Shown here piece after piece: positions 45,479-55,245 of a stretch of DNA of 64,000 bases. Every line of letters starts with the position of its first letter. The first letter of the stretch is position 1. Under the pieces are notes generated by a model, which saw only the letters and a list, made by a program, of their open reading frames with translations, did not search any database and was not told the DNA's origin. The DNA is from an uncultured Desulfobacteraceae bacterium (GTDB taxonomy: Bacteria > Desulfobacterota > Desulfobacteria > Desulfobacterales > Desulfatirhabdiaceae). A program made the translations under genes and the position numbers. Location: the NCBI GenBank assembly GCA_903909505.1, contig CAIVVZ010000022.1, positions 4,908 through 68,907 on the forward strand, written 5' to 3'.

Positions 45479-46693
45479 ATGAAAATCCTCTGTGCTTTGG
45501 GAAAATATCAATACGGCGATCCTGCACGGGGACTTTCCACCGAATATGCCGCATTCATGCCGGCATTAAAAAATATAGGTCATGATGTGGTGCATTTTGA
45601 GCTTTGGGATAGAAGGCTCTATTCGAATTATACTGAATTAAATCAATTAATTCTAAAGGCTGTGGATCGTGAATGCCCGGAAGTGCTTTTGACTGTCCAA
45701 CTTGAGTATGAAATATTTATCGAAACTCTGGAAGCCATCAGGAAGCGTGGAGATGTGGCAACGATCTGCTGGACTACTGACGATTCATGGAAATACCGGG
45801 AGGTTTCCCGTTTTATCGGCAAATATTATCATGCCATGACCACCACCTATCCTGAGGTGGTTTCCAAATATCACCGGGATGGAATTTCTCATATCCTCTC
45901 GACCCAGTGGGCGGCCAGATCGGATCAACTGTTCCCGCCGTTACTGTCCCATCAATGTCGCTATCCGGTATCGTTTATAGGTGAGGCTCATGGTAACAGG
46001 AAACAGCGGATTCAATGGCTGCAGAAGCAGGGGATTCCAGTTTCATGTTTTGGATTCGGATGGCCTCATGGACCGGTTTCAGCCGATGATGTTCCAAAGA
46101 TTATGAGAAACTCCGCCATCAGCTTGAATTTTGCCAATTCCAGAGGAAGACAGAATCAAATAAAGGCCAGAACTTTTGAAGTTCCTGGTGCTGGTGGCTT
46201 TCTTCTGACCGAATTGGCACCGCATTTGGAAAATTGGTATGTCCCAGATCAGGAACTCGCTGTTTTCCTGAGTGATCAGGATCTGGTTCAAAAAATTAAG
46301 TTTTATCTTTCTCATCCTGAGATTCGAGATCGGATTGCAGCAGCAGGATTTGACAGGACCCGCAATAATCATACTTATGAGAAACGACTTCAGTTGGTTC
46401 TAAGTTATGCTTTGCATGCAAAGGCTGATATGCAGAATCTGGGCAATCAACCTGCCAGGCCAGAGGGGAGAAGGGGGACACTTTTTAATACAAGCAAGTC
46501 AGTCCTTTCAAAAGCGGAACGATTGAGCCGTTTGGTACGATGGGCTCTGGTTTGGGGGTGCAATCGGATTTGGGGACAGAGCCGTGGTTTGAGGGCTGCT
46601 CGCAGAATCGTATTTGAGCTGAGCTGGCGTTTGGCCAAAGAAAAAACATTTTCGCAGTCCGGATGGCCCGCTCGCATGTTTCCGGAACTCTAA
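45479..46693 (+). CDS. CgeB-like glycosyltransferase-fold protein (DUF3880 / Glyco_trans_1_2 type)
   Basis: KARTFEVPGAGGFLLTE and the HPEIRDRIAAAGFDRTRNNHTYEKR tail resemble the CgeB family. Start at MKILCALG. Confidence 0.6.
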   Translation: MKILCALGKYQYGDPARGLSTEYAAFMPALKNIGHDVVHFELWDRRLYSNYTELNQLILKAVDRECPEVLLTVQLEYEIFIETLEAIRKRGDVATICWTTDDSWKYREVSRFIGKYYHAMTTTYPEVVSKYHRDGISHILSTQWAARSDQLFPPLLSHQCRYPVSFIGEAHGNRKQRIQWLQKQGIPVSCFGFGWPHGPVSADDVPKIMRNSAISLNFANSRGRQNQIKARTFEVPGAGGFLLTELAPHLENWYVPDQELAVFLSDQDLVQKIKFYLSHPEIRDRIAAAGFDRTRNNHTYEKRLQLVLSYALHAKADMQNLGNQPARPEGRRGTLFNTSKSVLSKAERLSRLVRWALVWGCNRIWGQSRGLRAARRIVFELSWRLAKEKTFSQSGWPARMFPEL

Positions 46694-46696
46694 TTC

Positions 46697-47509
46697 ATGA
46701 AAACGGTTCCTGTCAGTGTGATTATCCCCTGCTACAATTGCTGCGATACCATTGAACGGGCAGTCCTTTCGGTGGTGAATCAAACAGTCTGTCCTGCCGA
46801 GGTGTTTTTCATAAACGATGCCAGCACGGACAACACCTTGCGTCGGCTTTTTGAACTGCAGAAAAAATATGGCAAAACCTGGATCAAGGTGATTTCATTG
46901 CCTCAAAACCAGGGACCTGGAGCGGCTCGCAATGCCGGTTGGAATCAATCCAGCGAGCCTTATCTGGCTTTTCTGGACGCAGATGATGCGTGGCATCCTG
47001 AAAAAATCAATTTTCAGTATGATTGGATGAAAAAGAGTCCAGATGTTGCCGTTACTTCACACCGATGCGTTCAGCTTGCCCCCTATTATTCTGTATGGGA
47101 TTTACCCCAAAACCATATCGCCTATTCTCTGAAAGCTTTTAGATTATTGATCTGGAATCAAATGTTGACGCGATCGGTCATGCTGCATCGAATGCTGTCA
47201 TTTCGCTTTCCGGAAGATAAGCGTTATTCGGAGGATTATTGTCTGTGGTTGGAAATGTTACTAAATGGAATCAATGCGTGGCACCTGGATATTCCTTTGG
47301 CGGTTTCATTTAAATCTTCCTATGGCGAAGGGGGCTTAAGCCGTGATCTGGTCGCTATGGAGAAAGGGGAGTTGGATACTTATAAGCGGCTTTGGCGAAA
47401 AAACCTGTTGCCGACCAGTTTAACGATTGGATTGTTTGGATTTTCCCTTATCAAACACTTGAGGCGTATGATAATTCATTGGGCCACTAAGGGAAAGCAT
47501 GAATTATAA
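46697..47509 (+). CDS. GT2 family glycosyltransferase
   Basis: VSVIIPCYNCCDTIERAVLSVVNQT, FINDASTDNT, FLDADDAW. Confidence 0.85.
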   Translation: MKTVPVSVIIPCYNCCDTIERAVLSVVNQTVCPAEVFFINDASTDNTLRRLFELQKKYGKTWIKVISLPQNQGPGAARNAGWNQSSEPYLAFLDADDAWHPEKINFQYDWMKKSPDVAVTSHRCVQLAPYYSVWDLPQNHIAYSLKAFRLLIWNQMLTRSVMLHRMLSFRFPEDKRYSEDYCLWLEMLLNGINAWHLDIPLAVSFKSSYGEGGLSRDLVAMEKGELDTYKRLWRKNLLPTSLTIGLFGFSLIKHLRRMIIHWATKGKHEL

Positions 47510-48800
47510 ACTCATTGTTGAGTATTATCAGTCAAAAAAAGAGCATATCATCAACTTCAGCTCCTTCTTTGCCAATAGACTTATATCATTGGGTTTGTTT
47601 GCATTTACAACCTCGATTTTCATCAACAGGGCAGGCAGTAAAGAATTTGGTATTCTTACAATGCTGCTTCTGATCTATAGCTACATATCTGTCGCGGATT
47701 TGGGAATGGGGTATGCTGTCGGTTATCGTTTAACAAGGGCTGTTTCACGCGGAAATTTCGGATATGCATCTAAGATATTGCAACATGCATTGCCTTTTTA
47801 CATTATCGTGGGTGGATGTGCAAGTATCCTTATTTTTGCATTTTCATCTGATATTTCAATTATGTTTACTAAAACAGTGGAATATTCGTTTATTTACAAA
47901 GTGATATCTTTAGGCATCTTCCCACTGGTAATTGATACGGTTGTGTTGATGGTCATGCAGTCTTACAATAAGGTATATCTGATAAATTTATCCAGACTCA
48001 TATATGACATATTCAGAGCGACTCCCTTGTTGCTCGTAGTGGTATACAAAAACGACTTGCTGGAAAAAATAATGATCATAGTTGTTGCCGGTTGTTATAT
48101 AAAGCTGATGACAGACATATACCTGTGTTATAAACTCATCGGTAACCTGACTTGGCTAAAGCCAGTGCTGGTCTTTAAAGAATTACGTTTCAATATAAAG
48201 TACGGTATTCCAATGCTGCTGACGTTAATAATTGGAATGATAATTACAAGCATCGACAAATTTTACATAACCAATCTCCTGTCGATGGAACAGTTGGCGT
48301 ATTATTCAGTGGCGCTTGAGGTCAATGTCAAAGCCTGGTTTCTGATCTGGGCTGTTACCGGCAGCCTCACCACCGTTTTGATACGTCGAAACGTTTTAAA
48401 AATAAGCACACATGACATAGAAAAATTTTCCATGGTGTCGGTAGTTGTAATATTCGTTTTGTATTACCTGCCGTTGATCGTTTTCGCTAAAGAAATACTT
48501 GCATTGTGGATCAATAGAGATTTTGCCGAAAAAAGCTTCCGGATTACTCGGATACTCTCTGTTGCCTCGCTCTTCTATATGCTGTACGCGGTAAAGCATA
48601 ATATCCTGCAGGCCGAGGGGAGATTTATAACGATAACAGGCATATATGGTGTTGGACTGGTCCTGCTGCTGATTTCGCTGTTGGTGCTGCCGAAGTACTT
48701 TGGCGCTGAAGGTGTTGCCTGTTCTTATGTACTCACCTATGCCGCTTTCGTTGGCTCATCCATCATAATTATGAAAAAGACCAAACAAACATATGGTTAA
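47499..48800 (+). CDS. Polysaccharide flippase-like membrane protein (MOP/Wzx type)
   Basis: 433 aa, about 12 hydrophobic segments, AT-rich, sited in a polysaccharide cluster. The family is assigned by architecture only. Confidence 0.6.
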   Translation: MNYKLIVEYYQSKKEHIINFSSFFANRLISLGLFAFTTSIFINRAGSKEFGILTMLLLIYSYISVADLGMGYAVGYRLTRAVSRGNFGYASKILQHALPFYIIVGGCASILIFAFSSDISIMFTKTVEYSFIYKVISLGIFPLVIDTVVLMVMQSYNKVYLINLSRLIYDIFRATPLLLVVVYKNDLLEKIMIIVVAGCYIKLMTDIYLCYKLIGNLTWLKPVLVFKELRFNIKYGIPMLLTLIIGMIITSIDKFYITNLLSMEQLAYYSVALEVNVKAWFLIWAVTGSLTTVLIRRNVLKISTHDIEKFSMVSVVVIFVLYYLPLIVFAKEILALWINRDFAEKSFRITRILSVASLFYMLYAVKHNILQAEGRFITITGIYGVGLVLLLISLLVLPKYFGAEGVACSYVLTYAAFVGSSIIIMKKTKQTYG

Positions 48801-48864
48801 ACATAATATCTCAAATTCAGGCGGAAAAAGTTGTTTTATAGATTCTGGCGAAAGCGAACACAAT

Positions 48865-49659
48865 ATGAATCGATCTCTGATAATAATCTATAATTTGCTA
48901 TTGATGTTCGGAATTAACCCTCTAAAATCAATTTGTTTCATGAAGGGGTTGCCATACTATCTTCGCGATCTCTCGACACTAAAAAGCCAGAAGGCTTCCG
49001 CTGTAAGAGACTTTCCATTTGGCAAACCCTACCCATGCCTCGAAGATCGATTCGGAGAAAGTGGTCCTGCTAACGGACACTATTTTCACCAGGATTTGCT
49101 GGTGGCCAGAAGAATCCATTTGAATAATCCGGTTACTCATGTTGATGTTGGCTCAAGTCTAGAAGGGTTTGTCGCTCACGTAGCTTCATTTCGTCCAATT
49201 GAAGTGTTTGATATACGCCCGCTATCTGTCTCCATACCAAATATTAGGTTCATACAAGCAGATCTGATGACTCCCGTATGTGACAATCTACTCGATTACT
49301 GTGATTCGTTGTCATGCCTGCATGCATTGGAACACTTTGGCTTGGGAAGATATGGTGACCCTGTAAATTATGATGGGTACGTTCTTGGGTTGATCAACTT
49401 TCACCGTATCTTGAAGAAAGGCGGAAAGATTTACATTTCTGTTCCTATTGGCCCGCAAAGAATTGAGTTCAACGCTCATAGAGTTTTCTCGGTTGGTTAT
49501 CTGCTGGAATGTTTTGAAGGTAAATATCATATAGATCATTTCTCGTTTGTTGATGACCAATGGGAATTACACGAAAATACGCCAATCACGCACAGCGACG
49601 TAAAGCATGACTACGGCTGCGTATATGGATGCGGCATTTTCGAAATGACAAAGTTGTGA
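48865..49659 (+). CDS. DUF268-like putative SAM-dependent methyltransferase
   Basis: SLSCLHALEHFGLGRYGDPVNYDG resembles the DUF268 signature as I recall it. Start at the internal ATG; the track ORF begins at 48793. Confidence 0.5.
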   Translation: MNRSLIIIYNLLLMFGINPLKSICFMKGLPYYLRDLSTLKSQKASAVRDFPFGKPYPCLEDRFGESGPANGHYFHQDLLVARRIHLNNPVTHVDVGSSLEGFVAHVASFRPIEVFDIRPLSVSIPNIRFIQADLMTPVCDNLLDYCDSLSCLHALEHFGLGRYGDPVNYDGYVLGLINFHRILKKGGKIYISVPIGPQRIEFNAHRVFSVGYLLECFEGKYHIDHFSFVDDQWELHENTPITHSDVKHDYGCVYGCGIFEMTKL

Positions 49660-49696
49660 TGAACGTGTCTGATTTCCATATCACTCGCAAAAACAG

Positions 49697-50905
49697 ATGA
49701 TTTACAGAAACAAGAGAATCTCTTATCAGGGTTCAGAAGCGATGCTCCAGTCAGACATTAAAAAATACGCCTTTATCGATGCACTTCGAGGCATGGCAAT
49801 CCTCGGAGTAATTCTTGTTCATTCGTCTCAGTTGGTTGCACCAACCAACGCAACGCTTTTGTGGGTTATGCGTGAAGGCGCACGAGGCGTTCAGCTTTTC
49901 TTTGTAGCCAGCGCACTGACACTTTGCATGTCTTGGCTGACTAGAAGCTCTTATGAAAATTTTCCAATTCGGAATTTTTATATCAGGCGATTCTTTCGAA
50001 TTGCCCCGATGTTTTATATTGCTATATTGATTTACATCTCCATGAAAGGGGTCTCTTCTTCATACTGGTCATCCAATGGTATCGAGTGGTGGTTTGTTCC
50101 GGTTACTGCGGCATTCCTTCACGGATTCCACCCGGAAACCATCATATCCGTTGTTCCAGGTGGTTGGTCGATCGCTGTAGAAATGAGTTTTTACTTTATC
50201 CTGCCATTTTTGCTTCCGCATATTAAATCCATTAAATCTTGTTCCTTCTTTCTCATTATCAGCATCGTATTGTCCGGCCTCAATATGCTTTTAGTACCAC
50301 GTATTTTCTCTTACCCTGAAAGCCAGCAGTACCTACTTAAAAATTTCTACTATCTCAACTTTCTTGGCCAACTACCGGTATTCATCATCGGTATTTTTTG
50401 TTATTTAATACTTCGCGAAAAATATCCTCTCAAGCAAATCGCCATTGTTGGCGGATCATTTTTTGCCATTCTTCTTCTGGCATTTTTATACCCAGTCTTC
50501 AAACTGCCAGGTCATTTTATTACAGATAAGCTATTTAAACTACCACACCATTTTATTGCTGGAGGGCTGTTTTCTGTCTTTGCCCTTCTATTGGCAAACT
50601 GGCCGATACGACTTTCAGTAAACAGAATTACCACTACCCTTGGAAAATTGAGTTTCAGCATGTATTTAACGCATTTTGCAATATTGACATACTTTTCTAT
50701 GCTTGGATTTAGCGACATTTTTCCAAAATCGAATATAGCAAGCCTTCTACACTTTCTGTGCGTTGTTCTTGTGACCGCCGTTGTGTCATCCTTTTTCTAC
50801 AAGTACATTGAGAAGCCCGGCATTGCACTGGGTAAGCGTGTAATCGAAAAACTCGAACAAGAAGCTGCACGAAACCATATCGCGGGAAACCAGTTATCAA
50901 CTTGA
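49697..50905 (+). CDS. Acyltransferase family 3 membrane protein (putative O-acetyltransferase)
   Basis: FIDALRGMAILGVILVHS N-terminal motif and about 10 TM segments. An alternative start is at 49742. Confidence 0.85.
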   Translation: MIYRNKRISYQGSEAMLQSDIKKYAFIDALRGMAILGVILVHSSQLVAPTNATLLWVMREGARGVQLFFVASALTLCMSWLTRSSYENFPIRNFYIRRFFRIAPMFYIAILIYISMKGVSSSYWSSNGIEWWFVPVTAAFLHGFHPETIISVVPGGWSIAVEMSFYFILPFLLPHIKSIKSCSFFLIISIVLSGLNMLLVPRIFSYPESQQYLLKNFYYLNFLGQLPVFIIGIFCYLILREKYPLKQIAIVGGSFFAILLLAFLYPVFKLPGHFITDKLFKLPHHFIAGGLFSVFALLLANWPIRLSVNRITTTLGKLSFSMYLTHFAILTYFSMLGFSDIFPKSNIASLLHFLCVVLVTAVVSSFFYKYIEKPGIALGKRVIEKLEQEAARNHIAGNQLST

Positions 50906-51005
50906 ATCCAGAACTTCGGGTACTCAAACGGGCATTTTAGAGCAGTTGCTTTTACGACATGACAGCCATCGCCAAAGCATCGAAAATTTTTAAAACCGTC
51001 AGCCG

Positions 51006-51036
51006 GGATAGCAACTGAAAAACGCTATCCTATTTT
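51006..51036 (+). terminator. Terminator-like hairpin after the acyltransferase gene
   Basis: ggatagc-(11 nt)-gctatcc followed by tatttt. Confidence 0.4.
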
Positions 51037-51085
51037 GGGGCATTCTGTAAAATGTACAACAGCAAATTATAGGAATATCTTCATC

Positions 51086-51886
51086 ATGAAATATTCGCGA
51101 ATAATAAAAAATGTCATAAGAATGAAGAGATTACAGCCTTTCTGGGAGTTCATGCTCGATGTGACCCTATACGGTATGAACATCGGGCCAGCATCGCTTC
51201 CGCGTTATAGCGGCGAAACTTATTTATTGAAAAATCTGAGCAGGATACTTCAAAAGAAGGAAAATTCCGTAATCACCGTGTTTGATGTGGGAGCAAACAT
51301 CGGTGATTATGCGCTGGAAACTTATTTAATTTTAGAAACGGCAGTCAGGATATTTTGCTTTGAGCCATCGAAAGCAACCTGTGAAATGCTAAGAGAGAAC
51401 ACTCGAAGCATCGGTCCTATCGTAGTGTATCCTCACGGGTTCAGCGATAAAGAGGAAGAGATAGAACTCTTTTCGGACAAGCAGGGATCGGGTCTGGCGT
51501 CTCTCTATGACCGTCGGCTGGATCATCTGGGTACCCATCTTCTAAACAGGGAAATGGTCAGATTGTCGACGATAGATCGGTTTTGTCGTGAGAATAACAT
51601 TATGTCGATAAATCTGTTGAAAGTGGATGTGGAGGGGCATGAATATAAGGTTTTTGCAGGGGCGGCAGAGATGCTCGAGGTAAATGCCATCGACATGATA
51701 CAGTTCGAATTCGGGGGTTGCAATATTGATTCCCGAACTTATTTCCGGGATTTTTATTATCTCCTGAATCCGAAATACAGATTGTACAGGCTGGCTGTGG
51801 ATGGAATCGTGCCTATCGATATTTACAACGAGAAATACGAACAATTCAGAACCACCAATTTCATTGCCATTCACAGGAATATCTAA
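51086..51886 (+). CDS. FkbM family methyltransferase
   Basis: VFDVGANIGDYA and LLKVDVEGHEYKVFAGA. Start at MKYSRII; the track ORF begins at a TTG inside the hairpin at 51035. Confidence 0.8.
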   Translation: MKYSRIIKNVIRMKRLQPFWEFMLDVTLYGMNIGPASLPRYSGETYLLKNLSRILQKKENSVITVFDVGANIGDYALETYLILETAVRIFCFEPSKATCEMLRENTRSIGPIVVYPHGFSDKEEEIELFSDKQGSGLASLYDRRLDHLGTHLLNREMVRLSTIDRFCRENNIMSINLLKVDVEGHEYKVFAGAAEMLEVNAIDMIQFEFGGCNIDSRTYFRDFYYLLNPKYRLYRLAVDGIVPIDIYNEKYEQFRTTNFIAIHRNI

Positions 51887-51904
51887 GGGAGTTGGATTGT
51901 TTAA

Positions 51905-53842
51905 ATGTGTGGTATAACAGGGTTTATCACCAATAACCAGTTTGAATCCTTCAGCCGGTCGCTGCCGTCGGCAACGGCATCCCTGGCGCATCGGGGGCCG
52001 GATGATTCCGGCATTTATGTGGACTCATCCGCCGGCGTGGGGCTGGGCCATTGCAGGCTGTCCATTTTGGACTTATCCCTTTTGGGCCATCAGCCCATGG
52101 CAAGCGATGATGCCAGGGTGAGAATCGTCTACAATGGCGAGGTGTATAATTTCAAGGTACTTCGAAAAGAGCTTGAAAAAGCCGGACATCAATTCAGGAG
52201 CGATTCGGACACCGAAGTGATTCTGAAGGCTTACCTGGAATGGGGAACAGAATGCTTGGGGCGTTTTACCGGCATGTTTGCGCTTGCCATATGGGATGGC
52301 CGCTGTCGGCGGCTGTTTCTGGCCAGGGATCAACTGGGGATAAAGCCCCTTTATTATTACCATCATCACGGAAACCTGATTTTTGCATCCGAACTGAAAG
52401 GGATTCTGGCATTCGATGGAATTTCCAAAACCCTGGATACAGGGGCTGTTCCGCTTTTTTTGCATTATCAATATATTCCCGCTCCTCGAACCATTTATCA
52501 GCACATTTTTAAGCTGCTTCCGGGGCATTTTCTGATCTGCGATTCCGAAACCTTCCGCACCTGCTCCTGGGCCATGACGCCTAATGCGTCAAGCAGGCGG
52601 TCATCTCTATCGGGGATACCTGGCAGCGAATCGGCGTGTCTGGATCAGCTTCACGAAATTCTGACCCAGTCGGTTTCGGATCAGATGGTCAGCGACGTTC
52701 CGCTTGGGGCACTCTTAAGCGGTGGCATCGATTCTTCGCTGGTTGCCGCCATCATGCAGCAGGTCAGTTCCCGCCCTGTCAGAACCTTCAGCATCGGATT
52801 CAGGGAATCCAAATTCAATGAGGCGCCATGGGCTGCCAAAGTGGCGGCCTGCTTGGGGACTTGCCACACCGAACTCTATGTGACTTCGAAGGATGCCCTT
52901 TCGGCGATTCCCCGGCTCCCGGAGATTTATGATGAGCCTTTTGCCGATGCTTCGGCAATACCATCCTTTCTGGTCAGCCAGCTGACCCGTTCCCATGTAA
53001 CCGTGGCCCTTTCCGGGGATGGCGGGGATGAACAGTTCTGCGGATATACCCGGTATTGGGCGACTCGGGCCATGGCCACCGGTTTTCAGAGATTGCCGGG
53101 ACCCTTAAGAACCTGGCTTTACAGGTCCCTTTTGCTGGTGCCAACCCCTTTTGTCGAGAATCTTTACACCGGGCTTCTGCCCGTTCTGCCCTCGGCGTTC
53201 AGGTCGGCCAATTTTCCGGATAAATGGCAAAAGTTGATTGCCCAGATGGGCCATGCGGATCTTCAGTCCCTTTACCGGGCTTCGGTGTGTCTCTGGGACA
53301 GGGATGAGGTCGGACGTTTAACCGGCCGGTTTCCGGAACCGTCCCGGTTTGAGCAGGCCTTTGATCGGACAATGGACTGGCCGGTCTTGTCAAGGCTCAT
53401 GCGGGTGGATCAGCAGACCTATCTTGCCGATGCCATGCTGGTCAAAGTGGATCGGGCCAGCATGGCGGTTGCCCTTGAAATCCGCGTGCCGCTTCTGGAT
53501 CAACGGGTAGTTGAATACGCATCGCGAATCCCTGAAGAGTTTCTTTTTCAAAAGGGCCAGGGCAAGCATATTCTTCGCAGGCTGCTGTCGCGCTTCATTC
53601 CCGCAGCTCTCTTTGAAAGGCCAAAAATGGGATTTGCGATTCCCGTTTCCCAGTGGCTTCGAGGTGAATTGAAGCCCATGCTTCTGGATTATCTTGCTGA
53701 AGGGCGACTGAAAGGGGAAGGCCTTTTCAATCCATCTTTGATTGCTGCAACGGTTTCAGATCATCTATCGGGCCGAGCGAATCATCCGCATCGGCTCTGG
53801 GCCTTGTTGATGTGGGAGATGTGGCGGGAAAAATGGCTATGA
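51905..53842 (+). CDS. asnB: Asparagine synthase (glutamine-hydrolysing) family amidotransferase
   Basis: MCGITGF (Ntn Cys2), LSGGIDSS PP-loop, 645 aa. It may act as a sugar amidotransferase given its context. Confidence 0.9.
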   Translation: MCGITGFITNNQFESFSRSLPSATASLAHRGPDDSGIYVDSSAGVGLGHCRLSILDLSLLGHQPMASDDARVRIVYNGEVYNFKVLRKELEKAGHQFRSDSDTEVILKAYLEWGTECLGRFTGMFALAIWDGRCRRLFLARDQLGIKPLYYYHHHGNLIFASELKGILAFDGISKTLDTGAVPLFLHYQYIPAPRTIYQHIFKLLPGHFLICDSETFRTCSWAMTPNASSRRSSLSGIPGSESACLDQLHEILTQSVSDQMVSDVPLGALLSGGIDSSLVAAIMQQVSSRPVRTFSIGFRESKFNEAPWAAKVAACLGTCHTELYVTSKDALSAIPRLPEIYDEPFADASAIPSFLVSQLTRSHVTVALSGDGGDEQFCGYTRYWATRAMATGFQRLPGPLRTWLYRSLLLVPTPFVENLYTGLLPVLPSAFRSANFPDKWQKLIAQMGHADLQSLYRASVCLWDRDEVGRLTGRFPEPSRFEQAFDRTMDWPVLSRLMRVDQQTYLADAMLVKVDRASMAVALEIRVPLLDQRVVEYASRIPEEFLFQKGQGKHILRRLLSRFIPAALFERPKMGFAIPVSQWLRGELKPMLLDYLAEGRLKGEGLFNPSLIAATVSDHLSGRANHPHRLWALLMWEMWREKWL

Positions 53843-55158
53843 ACAAGAATTCGAAATCCGTCTGGGGATGGGCCATGTATGACTGGGCCAATTCGGCGTT
53901 TGCCACCACCGTGATGGCCGGCTTTTTCCCGCTGTTTTTCAAACAATACTGGAGCATCGGTACGGATGTCAACACCAGCACCGCGCTTCTGGGTTTTGGA
54001 AATTCCGCTGCCAGCCTGCTGGTGGCGCTCTGTGCTCCGGTTCTGGGTGTTCTGGCAGACAGGTGTGCGGCCAGAAAGACATTGCTGATCTGCATGGCTT
54101 ATCCGGGAGCGTTGGCCACTGCCCTGTTGTGGGCGGTTCCAAAGGGAGAATGGGGTTGGGCCATTATCTGTTACGGTGTGGGCATGATCTGTTTTGCAGG
54201 CGCCAATATTTTTTACGATGCGCTGCTGGTTGTCGTTGCTCCGGTACCGGATCGGGATCGGGTATCCAGCCTGGGTTATGCGATGGGATATCTGGGTGGC
54301 GGCCTGCTTTTTGTGCTCAACGTCCTCATGGTCCAGCGGCCCCAGTGGTTTGGCCTGATGAATTCGGGGCAGGCGGTTCGGTATGCATTTCTTTCGGTTG
54401 CGCTGTGGTGGGCGGGTTTTACAATATTCCTGATGGTGTGGGTTCATGAGGAAAAATATGTGTTACCACCCGTCAGTGCCCTTGTTTTCCTGAAGCAAGG
54501 CTGTCTACAATTGAAAAATACAGTCAGGCGGATCTTCAGGCTGAAGTCGGCCGGGCTGTTTCTTTTATCTTTCTGGTGCTATATGGATGGCGTAGATACC
54601 ATCATCCGCATGGCCGTTGATTATGGGCTATCCATCGGGTTTACCGGAAAAGATTTGATGCTCGCCCTTCTGGTGGTTCAGTTCGTCGGGTTTCCTTCGG
54701 CCCTGGTATTTGGACAGCTCAGCCGCAGATGGGGGACTCGTAACTGTATTTTTATAGCCATTGCCGGATATGCGGCAGCCACCCTCTTGGGAGCATTTAT
54801 GAAGCAGCGGATGGATTTTTATATCCTGGCGGTTGTTATCGGACTGTTTCAGGGTGGGATTCAGGCACTTAGCCGATCATATTATACGCGTTTCATTCCG
54901 GAAGGTCAGTCTGCCGAATATTTTGGATTGTTCAACATGATGGGTAAATTTTCAGCGGTCATCGGTCCGGCTTTTGTTGGGGTAGTCGGTTTGATATCGC
55001 GGAAAATCCTGATGCCGGCCACCCCAACATCCGAACAACTACGGCATGTTGGCCAACTGGCCTCTCGCTGGGGAATCGGTTCGATTCTGGTTTTTTTTGT
55101 TGCAGGCGCGCTGCTTTTGTTTGTTTCAATAAAATATGATGGCAAAGTAAAAAGTTGA
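53833..55158 (+). CDS. MFS transporter, UMF1 (Atg22-like) family
   Basis: WGWAMYDWANSAFATTVMAGFFPLFF N-terminus and about 12 TM segments. The start overlaps the asnB-like stop (alternatives 53812 and 53839). Confidence 0.7.
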   Translation: MAMNKNSKSVWGWAMYDWANSAFATTVMAGFFPLFFKQYWSIGTDVNTSTALLGFGNSAASLLVALCAPVLGVLADRCAARKTLLICMAYPGALATALLWAVPKGEWGWAIICYGVGMICFAGANIFYDALLVVVAPVPDRDRVSSLGYAMGYLGGGLLFVLNVLMVQRPQWFGLMNSGQAVRYAFLSVALWWAGFTIFLMVWVHEEKYVLPPVSALVFLKQGCLQLKNTVRRIFRLKSAGLFLLSFWCYMDGVDTIIRMAVDYGLSIGFTGKDLMLALLVVQFVGFPSALVFGQLSRRWGTRNCIFIAIAGYAAATLLGAFMKQRMDFYILAVVIGLFQGGIQALSRSYYTRFIPEGQSAEYFGLFNMMGKFSAVIGPAFVGVVGLISRKILMPATPTSEQLRHVGQLASRWGIGSILVFFVAGALLLFVSIKYDGKVKS

Positions 55159-55245
55159 AGATCAACGCAGATATGGAGTTTTTACGAAGCCATCAAAGGA
55201 CGCGTCGTCTGCTCAATAGTGACCTGACTCAGGAGAAATTCATAA

